DNA from: Candidatus Thorarchaeota archaeon
GTDB taxonomy: Archaea > Asgardarchaeota > Thorarchaeia > Thorarchaeales > Thorarchaeaceae
Assembly: GCA_029855935.1 (NCBI GenBank)
Contig: JAGSHN010000016.1
Span: 64,001 to 128,000, forward strand
Length of the DNA stretch: 64,000 bases
Reading direction: 5' to 3'
Positions 48,260 to 59,232 of this stretch are shown here, one piece after another. The translations under genes and the position numbers were made by a program. The notes below the pieces were generated by a model that saw only the letters and a list, made by a program, of their open reading frames with translations, made no database searches and had not been told where the DNA came from. Every line of letters starts with the position of its first letter. Position 1 is the first letter of the stretch.

Positions 48260-49033
48260 TCATCTCGTGTCTTGCAGAGATGCCTCTGGCGGGCTGCGGT
48301 CGGACCCCGCTTATGAGTTTTCTGTATTGACCTGTGGTACTCATTGTGAGGAGCAGAGATATGGGCATTGTTGGCCGAAACTCGAGGCTCCCCCAATAGT
48401 TCCGAGTTCTATCTCAGAATGCATCGACTCTGTTGATGGGAGCAGCGGTGGCTGGGCCGCTCGTCTACGTTTGCACCTCCGACGCCAGACGAAGAAGGGA
48501 TCTGAGGCAACCAAAGAAGAGGCGAAGGGGCCTTGGACGAAGACGATAGGAATTGCCCGATCGACGAATGCATCCGTGAAGTGCGCTCGTGTCGGGGACT
48601 GTGGTGCTCAGAGAAGGAGAGAGGCTTCGGCCATTCAGTGACTAGACTGTCACGCCTTGGATGGATAGACCCCGTTGAATGATCAACTGCTTTGCTCTTC
48701 GGGCGCGATACTCGTTGAGTTGCCCACGATGTCTCTGTGTCGGAGTGGAAATCTGTGGTCTGGACAGAGCCGTCCGTCCTTGCTCCTCGTTCTTCTCTGA
48801 GCTTGAGAATGAGAACCGTGCCACTGCCCGTATGTATCCTTGTGGGTGACCATCTTGTGTGGGCTCCATTCTGGGCTGGACGAAAGCAAAGTGGATCAAC
48901 ATTGGTTGCAGCAAGGGTATCCTGAATGGTTCCGGACCATTCGGTTGTACACACAAGTCTTTTCTATCTGCTCTGGTAGAAACGATACATTCTCATCTCT
49001 CCCCGATGTCCTCACATAAAGGGGGTATGAATC

Positions 49034-51130
49034 CTGATCAGGCTAATCAGTGTGCTCGCGAGTGGCGGGGTTCCCGTCTACGTCCGAAGCATTGGCATGC
49101 CCGAGAGCGAGGTCCTGCTCGGCGCTCTCATCGAGGCGTCACGCAGTCTGAGCGCACTGATTGGTTCCGGTCACGCCCAGAAGATTGCGTTCCAGGAAGA
49201 CACTCTGATAATCACCGAGACGAAAAAGGGCTACACGGTGGTGATGCTCGTTGACCGCGCTGAGAGCTATATGGAGCGCCTGCTGAGTGTGGTTGCAGAG
49301 GCCCTAGATAGGTCCCCAGTCCCCTCGGCGGAGGATGCGGTGACGCAGGACACGCAGGAGATTGTCCAAGAGACGGTCGACCTCTATGTACTCGAGGCGG
49401 TCAGCACTCCAATCACTGAGGTCCTCGCGCGTGTGTGGGAACCACTTCGTGCGGCAATCGAGTCAGATGACCGGTTCCGCGAGGCCTACGTCCGCGTGAG
49501 GGAGATACTGTCGCGTCCCGAGCGGACAGAGGAGTGGAACGAGCTGGCCAGCACAGTTTCCGCCTCGCGGGAGATGGCGCTCGAATATGCTATGTCTGGT
49601 AACTTCGACTACGCGTGTGCAGCAAGCATTGGCCTCTCATCTCCGGCCGAGAGGGTCTTCGCGATAAAGATGGGAGCACTTGCCCACTCTATGGTGAATA
49701 CGACAGCTCCACCACTAAGTCTGCTCGTGGAGGTGGCAGACGGTCTTCCTGATGACTATCCGTTCACGGACTTGGCGCGGAGATTGGTCGCACATCTCTC
49801 TGGAGAGATTGCCCCGGCTGACTACGCGCGCGCACTACGCAGAGCCATCACAGAGACGGAGCTCGTAGACTCTGAGGACTCGCTGCTCACAGGTTTTCTC
49901 TTCCTCGATGGTCGCGTGACGGGTTTCCCGGAGTTTGCAGACCGGCTGATAGACCTCTATGCCGACAGGACGACACTGGTGTCCTCATATTTCGAGGCGG
50001 TCCGTGAACGGCAGAGAATCTTTGACCGGCTCTACTCCGTGACAAGCTTTGATGCGTTTCGAGGCGACTTGGCCGTCTACCGTTCTCGAATGGGCGGCGT
50101 GATTGAGCGTGCCAGTGCCCTTGTGAGGACTGGTGCTGAGCGATCCCCTCTTGAGAAGGACGTTATTGGTGCTCTCACAGTATCCTTCCGGATTCAGAAC
50201 TTCATTGCTCTACTGACCGCGCTATGCGAATCGCCGATTCTCGTGCTTGGTGAGAGGGCGGAGATACTCAAGGAGATTATACGTGTGTACGAGCAGCAGT
50301 TCCTTGGTCTGATAGACGCTGGGTTCCCATTATTCTCTTTCACCCTTGATAGTGTGTTCCAGAGCCTCAGCGTCGCTCTCGCTGAGTACTACCACATTGC
50401 GACTGGTCAGGAGCGAGTTCATCATCTTGACAAGATGCTTGAGTTCATCTCACGCATACACTCTACCCTGTTCAAGGAGCTGCCTAAGGCACATCTGCGG
50501 TTCTCCTTGCTGGTCATCGAGAACGCGCTTCTCCCTGTCTTCACGCGAGCAGGCATACTTCAAGACCAAGAGCTCCGGCTGCTCGTCCTCGCCCTTGAGA
50601 CTCTCGATGTCAACACACTCGACGCGATTCATCTCACGCGCCCTGAGTACTATACCACCGAGATTGGCAACCTCATCTCGGCACTCACCGCAGTGGCGCA
50701 TCAGGTCCTTCCCGAGGAGGAGAAGTCTCGTGTACTACCCTTCTGCATTGCCGTTGCACTGCAGGTCCACCTCAGTCTTCTCTCTCGGGGCGTCGTCTGT
50801 AGGGATGACATAGTTTCGCTCACCCATCACGTCCTTCTCTCGTCCGAGTACCTGTCTGATGAGGAGCTCCATAGAGTCGTCGAGCAGGTGTTGGCCCTCA
50901 ATATGGTGGCGATACAGGACATAGAGCAGTTTGACCATGAGGTCCCGATGGTGGCGAGTCCTCTGATTGGCGTCCTAGAGGTCGCTGCGGACCGCCTCAA
51001 AGATAGTGAGAGATACCGACAGGTTGCTGCACAGATCTACAGGGCCTGTATGTCCGCATGGGAGAAGTATGGCTTTCTCACCAAGGCCGAGAACTTCAGA
51101 AAGAAGTTCGAGAGGGTCGCAGGCTGGTGA
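49034..51130 (+). CDS. Longin-like N-terminal domain + helical solenoid protein
   Basis: (M)IRLISVLASGGVPVY...LLGALIEA..L...G....I.F...TLII pattern; remainder all-helical. Start is either CTG 49034 or GTG 49052. Confidence 0.65.
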   Translation: MIRLISVLASGGVPVYVRSIGMPESEVLLGALIEASRSLSALIGSGHAQKIAFQEDTLIITETKKGYTVVMLVDRAESYMERLLSVVAEALDRSPVPSAEDAVTQDTQEIVQETVDLYVLEAVSTPITEVLARVWEPLRAAIESDDRFREAYVRVREILSRPERTEEWNELASTVSASREMALEYAMSGNFDYACAASIGLSSPAERVFAIKMGALAHSMVNTTAPPLSLLVEVADGLPDDYPFTDLARRLVAHLSGEIAPADYARALRRAITETELVDSEDSLLTGFLFLDGRVTGFPEFADRLIDLYADRTTLVSSYFEAVRERQRIFDRLYSVTSFDAFRGDLAVYRSRMGGVIERASALVRTGAERSPLEKDVIGALTVSFRIQNFIALLTALCESPILVLGERAEILKEIIRVYEQQFLGLIDAGFPLFSFTLDSVFQSLSVALAEYYHIATGQERVHHLDKMLEFISRIHSTLFKELPKAHLRFSLLVIENALLPVFTRAGILQDQELRLLVLALETLDVNTLDAIHLTRPEYYTTEIGNLISALTAVAHQVLPEEEKSRVLPFCIAVALQVHLSLLSRGVVCRDDIVSLTHHVLLSSEYLSDEELHRVVEQVLALNMVAIQDIEQFDHEVPMVASPLIGVLEVAADRLKDSERYRQVAAQIYRACMSAWEKYGFLTKAENFRKKFERVAGW

Positions 51131-51260
51131 AGCGTGAGGAATGGAGGGTGTCATACGGGTCGTCCCAGTTCCCCTATCATCATTCTGAATGAACCTCGGG
51201 TCTGAAACATCACAATGTTTTTCGCCCTCACTTACAGCTAGTCACGCTAGTGAATTGGCA

Positions 51261-51683
51261 TTGTCTGAGGAGGAACGACTGCTATTTCCGTCAGAGGAGT
51301 GGATTGCCAAGTACGTCGAGCTGCTCAACAGCAGTAAGTCGTACGAGGAGGCGGCCAAGAACTGGGAGGGCGACTTCATCTTCCAGATAGAGCCGGACGG
51401 TGAGGTAATCAAGGAGCCCATCCGACTGTATTTTGACCTGTGGCACGGCAAGTGTCGCGAGGCCCATATGGCGAGCCCTGAAGACACTGCCGAGTTCACC
51501 TACTCGGGCAGCTACGAGAACTGGAAGCGGCTCCTTGCGGGTGAGATTCATCCCATCAAGGGCATAATGCAGCGAAAGTTCAAGCTCAAGGGCAGCTACA
51601 CGAAGGTGATGCGCGCCACGAAGGCCGCCATGGAGCTCGTTGCGACCGCTCAGAAGGTCCCGACGCGCTATTTGGACGAGTGA
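51261..51683 (+). CDS. SCP2 sterol/lipid-binding domain protein
   Basis: FPSEEW...LN.S..Y.EAAK.WEG, DLWHGKC, G.IHPIKG.M..K.KL.G; start taken at TTG 51261. Confidence 0.85.
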   Translation: MSEEERLLFPSEEWIAKYVELLNSSKSYEEAAKNWEGDFIFQIEPDGEVIKEPIRLYFDLWHGKCREAHMASPEDTAEFTYSGSYENWKRLLAGEIHPIKGIMQRKFKLKGSYTKVMRATKAAMELVATAQKVPTRYLDE

Positions 51684-51917
51684 GGGTCAATCAGTTCGTC
51701 GACCCGACCCTCTGTCGCGGGGCTGGCCATCTCATAGTGCCAATGGGGGCACTCACAACTAGTCCTGTCGCATGTCGGCTGCTGTTTTGACTGGCGAACG
51801 ATACGTGCACAGAGAGCTGACCAGAGATTCCAACGAAGTCGACGCCAAGAATAAGAGAGTGGACGACAAGTAACATAGAGCACAGGTCTCAGCGGTCAGT
51901 TGGGTGGTGGTCGAGAG

Positions 51918-53093
51918 ATGGTATGGTGGTTTGACTCTCCCCGGATATCCTTCGGAGAGGATGCTCTGGACGATCTTGAGCGAATTCCTGGCGAGCACGT
52001 TGTGGTCGTGACAGACCCAGTGGTCCGTCGGCTAGGACTTGCAGACCGGGCACGTGCGGTGCTTGAGCGTGGCGAACGTCAGACAATGGTGTGGGACGGG
52101 GCAGAGCCGGATCCACGGGTGTCTGTCGTGAGACAGGCGTCAGAGGCGCTTCGCGAGGCGTCGGCAGACCTCATTGTTGCGGTCGGCGGTGGCAGTGTGA
52201 TAGACACCGCCAAGGCAGCCTGGGTGCTGTACGAGTCTCCCGGGACCGACCTTGTTGCCCTCAGCCCGTTTGACGAGCTGGGTCTGCGTCAGAAGGCACG
52301 ACTCGCGTGTGTGCCGACCACAGCAGGAACTGGTTCAGAGGCCACCAGGGACATTGTGATCAGGGAAGACGAGACGGGTCGCAAGTTTGGGACGATGAAC
52401 TCCGAGCTTGTCCCGGACTATGCAATACTCGATCCTGAGATGGTGCGCGGCCTCCCCCGCGATCTGACGGCGTACACGGGGATGGACGCTTTGACGCATG
52501 CTGTCGAGGGATACTTCTCAATATGGAAGAACGACTTCTCTGACGCCTGCAGTCTACAGGCAGTGAAGATGATATTCGAGTGGCTCCCGCAATCCGTTGA
52601 CAATCTCTCTGACACGACTGCTCGGGAAAAGATGCTGGCCGCGGCGTGTCTGGGCGGTCTGTCGTTCAGCAACTCTCAGGTCACGTTGGCACACACTCTG
52701 GGACACTCTCTTGGTTCCGTTCTCCGTGTTCATCACGGCTTGGCGGTGGGGATGGCACTGCCCTACGTCCTTGAGTATGTCCTGCGTGACAGTCCAGAGA
52801 CCACAGAGCACATAGCTCAGCTGGGACGGCTCATAGGTGTGACCGAGGTCGATGCTGCGACCGCGGCGCAGAAGTTCGTTGAGCGGTTGCGTGATCTCCA
52901 GGCCCGGGTCGGTTTTCCGCAGACCCTCAGTGAGGCTGGAGTCACCAAGAGCGACTTCGAGAACGGGCTTGAGAGGCTTGTCGAGTTTGCAATGATGGAC
53001 ACGAGTCTCACGATGACGCCTCGGGACATAGACGCCAATGGCATCAGACGTATCTACAAGTGTATGTTCAAGGGACGACACGTGGACTTCTGA
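51918..53093 (+). CDS. Iron-containing alcohol dehydrogenase
   Basis: GGGSVIDTAK, PTTAGTGSE, DALTHAVEGY, H.LGH...HG. Confidence 0.93.
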   Translation: MVWWFDSPRISFGEDALDDLERIPGEHVVVVTDPVVRRLGLADRARAVLERGERQTMVWDGAEPDPRVSVVRQASEALREASADLIVAVGGGSVIDTAKAAWVLYESPGTDLVALSPFDELGLRQKARLACVPTTAGTGSEATRDIVIREDETGRKFGTMNSELVPDYAILDPEMVRGLPRDLTAYTGMDALTHAVEGYFSIWKNDFSDACSLQAVKMIFEWLPQSVDNLSDTTAREKMLAAACLGGLSFSNSQVTLAHTLGHSLGSVLRVHHGLAVGMALPYVLEYVLRDSPETTEHIAQLGRLIGVTEVDAATAAQKFVERLRDLQARVGFPQTLSEAGVTKSDFENGLERLVEFAMMDTSLTMTPRDIDANGIRRIYKCMFKGRHVDF

Positions 53094-53104
53094 GGTGACG
53101 GACA

Positions 53105-54955
53105 GTGTACGGCTACTGCGGACGGCTTCTTCACGTCAATCTGACTCGAGACAGGATAGCGACTCTGAATCTTGACCTCAGCCTTGTCAGACCGTTTCTG
53201 GGCGGTGCAGGACTGGGTTGTAGGATTCTATACAATATGATTGGTCCCGATACCGACCCTCTCGGACCCGAGAACCCCCTGCTCCTGCTCACGGGGCCTT
53301 TCACGGGAACTGCAGTCCCCGCTGGGAGCCGTGCAGTGTTCTGCGCGCGCTCACCTCAGACTGGTCTACTCGGGTACAGCGTCTTTGGTGGTCATCTTGG
53401 CGCGGACCTCAAGTTTGCAGGTTATGACGGCGTGATCATCACTGGACGTGCGTCACGCCCTTCGTACATCTTCATCGATGACTCGACAGTCGAGGTGCGT
53501 GACGCCACATCGCTGTGGGGCAAGGACACCGCGACTGTCTGGGACATCCTCAAGGAGGAGACTGGCCTCCGGCGGGCGGGCGTGGCAAGGATTGGCCCCG
53601 CTGGAGAGCGACTCATCAAGTATGCCAACGTGATGGTCGATCATCATAGAGCGGCTGGCCGGACCGGGATGGGCGCAGTAATGGGCTCGAAGCAGCTGAA
53701 GGCAATCGTGGTCCACGGTAGTCACCGCAGTGTTGATGTCGCCAATGCCGATGCGCTGCTTGAGTACGCGCAGCGACTGAATGAGGACAAGGCGGAGACC
53801 CCTCCCTACCAGCTGTATTCCGAAGTGGGCTCGGCTGGCTTCACCGAGACCGCACTTGAGCTCTGGGGGTCAATGCCCGTCGCCTACTATACTGAGGGCG
53901 AGTTTGACGGCGGAAGCATAAGTGGGACAACTGTGAGGGACACAATCCTTGTAGGGCGCACATCGTGCTACCGCTGTCCCATAGCCTGTGGACGTGTCAT
54001 CGAGGTCAAGGAGGGCAAGTACGCGACAGGGCGCTTTGCCGGGCCCGAGTATGAGGTGACAGGGACTATGGGGACACTGATCAAGAACAGCAATCTTGAG
54101 GCCTTGGCATTCATCAACAGGCAGATGGACCTCTACGGCATAGACACAATCACTGCAGGTAACACTATCGCCTTCGCGTACTATCTCTACAACACCGGCC
54201 GCGCATCGGCTGATGACTTGGACGGGATCACTCCGGAGTGGGGCGACCCGGGGCCTGCAATAGAGTTCATAGATAGGATTGTCAGACGCGAGGGCATTGG
54301 CGCTGTGATGGCAGAGGGCAGTCTCGCGCTGGGCGAGAGATTCGGAGTCCCCGAGCTTGCAGCACAGGTCCATGGCCTTGAGCTGGCACAGCACGACCCG
54401 CGGGCATTCTCCGGGATGACCATTGCGTACGCAACGGGGCCACGTGGGGCCTGTCATATGTCGGCAGACATGTATCCTGTGCAGATGGGACTGGAGGACG
54501 AGGAGTGGGGTCTTGTGAGCACCGACAGGTTCGGCAATGAGGCTGATGTGGCCGCTCGTCTTCAGGACCTCCGGTGTGTCACGAACTCTCTACTGATGTG
54601 CCACTTCTATCCAATTCTATCGGTGGAGCTCGTGGATATGCTCCGCCTGGTCACAGGGTGGGACTACACGCTGGACGAGATTCGAGAGACAGGCGAGAGG
54701 ATCTTCACTCTGATGCGGCTTCTCAATCTGCGGCTGGGATACAATCCGCGAGATGAGGGTCTCCCGAAGATTGTCCTCCAACCCCTAGAGGGCCCCACAG
54801 AGGGCTATGTCCCAGATGTGGAGGAACAGCTCAACACGTGGTATCGCTATAGAGGCTGGGACAGGGCCTCTGGCCAGCCATCCGAGAAGAGGGTCAGAGA
54901 GCTCGGTCTGACACCGGCGGAGCTCGACCAGCCAGTGGTCCGACTTGAGGAATGA
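53105..54955 (+). CDS. aor: Tungsten-dependent aldehyde:ferredoxin oxidoreductase family protein
   Basis: GR.G.GAVMGSK.LKAI, CYRCPIAC, EYE, D.YG.DTI, DPR, RGACH. Confidence 0.93.
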   Translation: MYGYCGRLLHVNLTRDRIATLNLDLSLVRPFLGGAGLGCRILYNMIGPDTDPLGPENPLLLLTGPFTGTAVPAGSRAVFCARSPQTGLLGYSVFGGHLGADLKFAGYDGVIITGRASRPSYIFIDDSTVEVRDATSLWGKDTATVWDILKEETGLRRAGVARIGPAGERLIKYANVMVDHHRAAGRTGMGAVMGSKQLKAIVVHGSHRSVDVANADALLEYAQRLNEDKAETPPYQLYSEVGSAGFTETALELWGSMPVAYYTEGEFDGGSISGTTVRDTILVGRTSCYRCPIACGRVIEVKEGKYATGRFAGPEYEVTGTMGTLIKNSNLEALAFINRQMDLYGIDTITAGNTIAFAYYLYNTGRASADDLDGITPEWGDPGPAIEFIDRIVRREGIGAVMAEGSLALGERFGVPELAAQVHGLELAQHDPRAFSGMTIAYATGPRGACHMSADMYPVQMGLEDEEWGLVSTDRFGNEADVAARLQDLRCVTNSLLMCHFYPILSVELVDMLRLVTGWDYTLDEIRETGERIFTLMRLLNLRLGYNPRDEGLPKIVLQPLEGPTEGYVPDVEEQLNTWYRYRGWDRASGQPSEKRVRELGLTPAELDQPVVRLEE

Positions 54956-54960
54956 TGTGG

Positions 54961-56472
54961 TCACACGTGGACTGCCGCTATGTCCCGCAGGACCAACTTG
55001 AGGAACTCGTAGAATACCTGCACGTCGGCAATCTTGACTCTCTCGTCCGGCGTGTGGGGATTCTTGATTGTCGGACCAATTGACACCATCTGGATGCCCG
55101 GTATGCGCGCGCCGATGATGCCACACTCTAGGCCCGCATGCACGGCCTCCACACGGACCTCGTGTCCCAGACTCTCCTCGTACTTCTTCCTGACGAACTT
55201 GAGCAGGGGGGCCTCCGGATCCGGCGCCCAGCCGGGGTACGCCTGGTCCAAGGTGGCGCTCCATCCACCAAGGCGGCCAATGTCTGCAAGCGACCTCCGA
55301 AATGCCTCCAGCTCAGCATCAATGTTGCTCCTCGCCGACACGATGACGCTCATCTTGCCCTCCTCGGTACGCACGATGGCAAGATTGCAGGAGGTCTCGA
55401 CAAGGTCGGGAATCTGCGCAGAGAAGGTCCGTGGTCCGTGTGGGATTGCATTGATTGTTCTCACGATGGTCTCCGACTCCTCGCGACTGAGAGTCGGTGC
55501 GTTGTCAGTCTCTACAAAGTTGATCTTGATCGACGGTTCGAGTGGTGCTCCTCCGACCTCCTGTTCATAGTACTCAAGGATGGCCCTTCTCTCCTCATCG
55601 AGAATATCACGCACCTGAACCAGTCTGTTTCTCCTCACCGCGACAATGGCCGTCGCCTCTCGGGTGATGGCATTATGCTTGGAGCCGCCGTTCCACGATG
55701 ACAGAAAGACCTCGTGTTCGGTCATCACAGCAGAGAGCAGACGTGCGATGATGACGTTCGCGTTGGCCCGATGAAGATGAATCTCCGCACCGGAGTGACC
55801 GCCACGCAGTCCTGCGACGGAGACTCGCAAGAACACAAGGCCCTCTCCGCCTGTCTCGGGCGCCTCAACCCTGACGTCCCGTTCGAGCTCCACCTCACCT
55901 CCGCCTGCCGAACCAATTGTGATGACACCAAGATCCTCTGAGTCGAGATTCAGCATCAGCCTGCTCTTGGGCTCGAGCCTGTCTGTGTCGAGTCCGAAGG
56001 CACCCGTAAGGCCTGTCTCCTCGTCTACGGTCAGAAGGATCTCCAGTGGGCCGTGAGTGACATCCTCGTCTACAAGCACAGCCAGCGCCATTGCGACACC
56101 TATCCCATTGTCTGCTCCAAGAGTGGTCCCATCGGCTATCACCCACTCACCATCTACCTTCACTGGAATCGGCTGGTTAGCAAAGTCGAATCCGTCCGAC
56201 CGGTCGGTCTCGCACACCATATCGAGATGGCCCTGCAGCATCAATGTGGGCGCCGACTCCATCCCGTGCGTTGCAGGCACTCGAATGAGTATGTTCCCGG
56301 TGGAGTCCTCAAGTACCTCGAGATTGATGCCACGCTCCTCGGCGACTCGACTGACCCAGTCTCTGACGGCGCGGCGCACCTTCTCCTCATGTTTGGACTC
56401 GCGAGGAGTTGCAGCCAGTATCTTCTCGAAAATCTCCCAGACGTGATGAGGTTCAAGGTTCTCAAGGACCAT
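54961..56472 (-). CDS. pepD: Aminoacyl-histidine dipeptidase (M20, PepD-like)
   Basis: LQGHLDMV, TTLGADNGIG, DEETG, NLDSED, GGHSG, HAGLECG, HTPDE; start ATG 56472. Confidence 0.93.
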   Translation of the reverse strand: MVLENLEPHHVWEIFEKILAATPRESKHEEKVRRAVRDWVSRVAEERGINLEVLEDSTGNILIRVPATHGMESAPTLMLQGHLDMVCETDRSDGFDFANQPIPVKVDGEWVIADGTTLGADNGIGVAMALAVLVDEDVTHGPLEILLTVDEETGLTGAFGLDTDRLEPKSRLMLNLDSEDLGVITIGSAGGGEVELERDVRVEAPETGGEGLVFLRVSVAGLRGGHSGAEIHLHRANANVIIARLLSAVMTEHEVFLSSWNGGSKHNAITREATAIVAVRRNRLVQVRDILDEERRAILEYYEQEVGGAPLEPSIKINFVETDNAPTLSREESETIVRTINAIPHGPRTFSAQIPDLVETSCNLAIVRTEEGKMSVIVSARSNIDAELEAFRRSLADIGRLGGWSATLDQAYPGWAPDPEAPLLKFVRKKYEESLGHEVRVEAVHAGLECGIIGARIPGIQMVSIGPTIKNPHTPDERVKIADVQVFYEFLKLVLRDIAAVHV

Positions 56473-56605
56473 CAATGAGGCCTCCGTGTCCGCACATCTC
56501 ATCAACAGTATAAGCATTGCCTATTATGACAACAGACACCTCTCAATGTCAGTCGAGTCATTTTTCAGTCACAATCTATCTTGATGTGATACCTTCACCA
56601 ACATC

Positions 56606-57499
56606 GTGAACTGTGAGGGATGTCCCGTGTTCTTTGACCCCGAAATCACGAACATCCTGAGGAATGCCCTCCCCTGGGCGGGACCCTTCTTTCGTGTCAT
56701 AACAGAACTCGGCTCAGAGCTCTTCTATGTGGTTCTGATCCTCATCGGCTACTGGGCCTACAACAAGCGAGAGTCGATCCTAGCAGCCTACGTCCTGCTC
56801 GTGTCTGTCGTCACCAACTACTGGCTCAAGCTCGCAATCGCCAACCCGCGACCCGACCCGTCATACTGGTACGAGGGTGTCGAGGCGACCAACTACAGCA
56901 CACCAAGCGGCCACGCTCAGAACTCGACCATGCTGTTCGGCTGGCTGTCCGTGCGTGTCAGACGTGCTTGGTTTGGAGTTCTCTCGGTGGCACTCATCCT
57001 TCTAATCGGCATCTCGCGTGTCTACCTTGGAGTCCATTACCTCGGCGACGTGCTCATCGGATGGGGCATTGGGCTTGTTCTTCTGATGATACTCGTTCGG
57101 CTGCAGGAGCCACTGATGACCCTGTTCCAGCGGTATCGGTCAGAGTATCTCTACCTGGCGATGCTCATCATTGGTCTTGCTCTCACCGTCGTCAGCACGT
57201 TGTTGCCCACCCCGCCCGGCGATAACTTCGGTTCGCTTGGAGGCCTGATAATGGGGATCGCCGTGGCCTTTCCTCTTGAGGCCAGATACGTGAACTTTGA
57301 CACTGCCCCACCGCATGGTCAGAGATGGCGGTTGATTCTCCGAGTGGTCCTGGGTCTCATTCTCGTCCTCGGCGTGATGGTTGGCCTGAGCGGTGTACTC
57401 CCGTCGAGCGATACTTGGTTCCGCGCTCTGAGGTATTTCCTCGTGGTGATTGTCGGAGCCTTTCTGTGGCCACTTGTCTTTGAGCGCGCTGGGATATGA
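56606..57499 (+). CDS. PAP2-family membrane phosphatase
   Basis: K......RP, PSGH, SRVYLGVHY..DV. Confidence 0.92.
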   Translation: MNCEGCPVFFDPEITNILRNALPWAGPFFRVITELGSELFYVVLILIGYWAYNKRESILAAYVLLVSVVTNYWLKLAIANPRPDPSYWYEGVEATNYSTPSGHAQNSTMLFGWLSVRVRRAWFGVLSVALILLIGISRVYLGVHYLGDVLIGWGIGLVLLMILVRLQEPLMTLFQRYRSEYLYLAMLIIGLALTVVSTLLPTPPGDNFGSLGGLIMGIAVAFPLEARYVNFDTAPPHGQRWRLILRVVLGLILVLGVMVGLSGVLPSSDTWFRALRYFLVVIVGAFLWPLVFERAGI

Positions 57500-57522
57500 T
57501 GGGGGACTGGCAGGCTCTCCGG

Positions 57523-59232
57523 TCAGAGGTACTTTGAGGCCTCTATCTGTGCCAGCTCCACCCCCGCCGAGTGAGAGTACGACCTGAATGTGCGCACAGC
57601 GACCACGATGACACCAGCGAGTACGAGATAGGCGTACAGCGGTGATACGAAGATACCAATTACCAGCATCCCAAGCACCAGTGCAAATCCGGCCAAGTTG
57701 GGCACAAGCTGTACCTTCAATGCTGCAAGGCCGGTGATCGGTGGTTGTGCTGCCGCGCCACGCTGCCTCAGTATCATGCGTTCGGCCTTGAAGTCACCTG
57801 CCACTGCTGCCTGAAATGCCGCATACGGTCCTGCGATCAGAGTGATCAGAGGCATTGCGATGATCAGCAGTGGGACATACAGTGCAACGGGCGGATTGAC
57901 AATCAGGGCGACGATAGAGAACAGCACGCTGGCCGCGAGCGAGAAAGGCAGAGCGCTGTAGACCTTTCCCTTGGTGTACTCCTCGAAGTTGGCGGCTGCA
58001 AGCTGGAGGTTCATCAGGTTCTTCCCCTCGTAGACGGTCTCATAGCCAGCAAAGTACACACCGTACGACACTGCAAACGGAATGGCTGCAGCAGCAACGA
58101 GTATAGTCATGAAGGGTAGGAGTTCCTCTGGTGCTGTCAGAACGGGGAACAGTAGGAAGACGGTGAATCGTAGCGGGTTGAGCAGGTACTGCGCGAGCAC
58201 GCCTCCCTTTCGTCTGATAGACGTGATATTATACCACATGGAGGCACTGCAGGTCTGACTCATTCTCAGTAGTGGCAATGTTCTTGGCGCCCACCGTCCG
58301 TGCCGCGGCCTCACTTTCCTATCCGAGCTCCTCGTCGACTCGTAGGTCAACCAGCCGCTGTAGTGGGCAGCCTCGCTGACAACGGCATTGACGTACAGTA
58401 GTATCAGCGCGCTCGCCGCGAGTCCCAGCCCCGTCAAGACATCAACAAGTGTCACCCCACCACCAGCAATCGTACCTAGGATGAGCACGCTGAAGGTACG
58501 GCCGGGGCTCGTGTCTGATGTCAGTCCGAGCAGTCGACCGAATGAGATCAGACCACCGAGAAACTGAGAGTCCTCGGCAAAGTAAGCATTGTAGTACCAA
58601 AAGGTGCTCGCTAGTATTGCCAGAGCTGTGAGTATGAAGTATCCCGCCTGCTTGACGGTCCGGTGGCCCGCAACGAGTCGGGCAGCCGCAAGACCGACTA
58701 GGCCGCCCGCCCCGACGCCGATTCCGATGAACACAAGGACGAGACTGACGTAGAGCAGTGCAGCAACAATCGTCACACCCCATCCCGCCACGAGTGCAAC
58801 AGCGGCGACAACTGGCGTGCCAAGAAGGATCCAGAACTCAGACACGGCAAAGACCAGCACAAGCGTCTTCTCAAGAAAGATTGTCCGCGTGGCCACTGGC
58901 ATCGTGAGAACGTACTCCATCCGGGCGCTGTTGGCAACGATCATTGCTGAGTACATTACCGAGCCAATGAACCCAAAGAGGAGTATCGCGTTGAAGACGA
59001 AGTTGCCGAACTCAAGGTTATTCAGTATGAGTGGCCGGAGGCGGGTCCACCCAATGGCGGTACCGATAAAATAGACACCCCATCCTATGCCCACTCCGAC
59101 GAGCAGCATAATGAAGTGTATCACGAGTGAGCCTCTCCTTGACTTGCCACCCCTCTTGCCGCGCGGTTGACGGAGCCTGAACAGCTGTTTCAGGTCCAGT
59201 CGCAGCAGGAACAATAGGTCAGAGAGAGTCAA
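57523..59232 (-). CDS. ABC-2-type exporter permease
   Basis: About 12 TM segments; overlaps the ABC ATPase stop. Confidence 0.8.
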   Translation of the reverse strand: MTLSDLLFLLRLDLKQLFRLRQPRGKRGGKSRRGSLVIHFIMLLVGVGIGWGVYFIGTAIGWTRLRPLILNNLEFGNFVFNAILLFGFIGSVMYSAMIVANSARMEYVLTMPVATRTIFLEKTLVLVFAVSEFWILLGTPVVAAVALVAGWGVTIVAALLYVSLVLVFIGIGVGAGGLVGLAAARLVAGHRTVKQAGYFILTALAILASTFWYYNAYFAEDSQFLGGLISFGRLLGLTSDTSPGRTFSVLILGTIAGGGVTLVDVLTGLGLAASALILLYVNAVVSEAAHYSGWLTYESTRSSDRKVRPRHGRWAPRTLPLLRMSQTCSASMWYNITSIRRKGGVLAQYLLNPLRFTVFLLFPVLTAPEELLPFMTILVAAAAIPFAVSYGVYFAGYETVYEGKNLMNLQLAAANFEEYTKGKVYSALPFSLAASVLFSIVALIVNPPVALYVPLLIIAMPLITLIAGPYAAFQAAVAGDFKAERMILRQRGAAAQPPITGLAALKVQLVPNLAGFALVLGMLVIGIFVSPLYAYLVLAGVIVVAVRTFRSYSHSAGVELAQIEASKYL

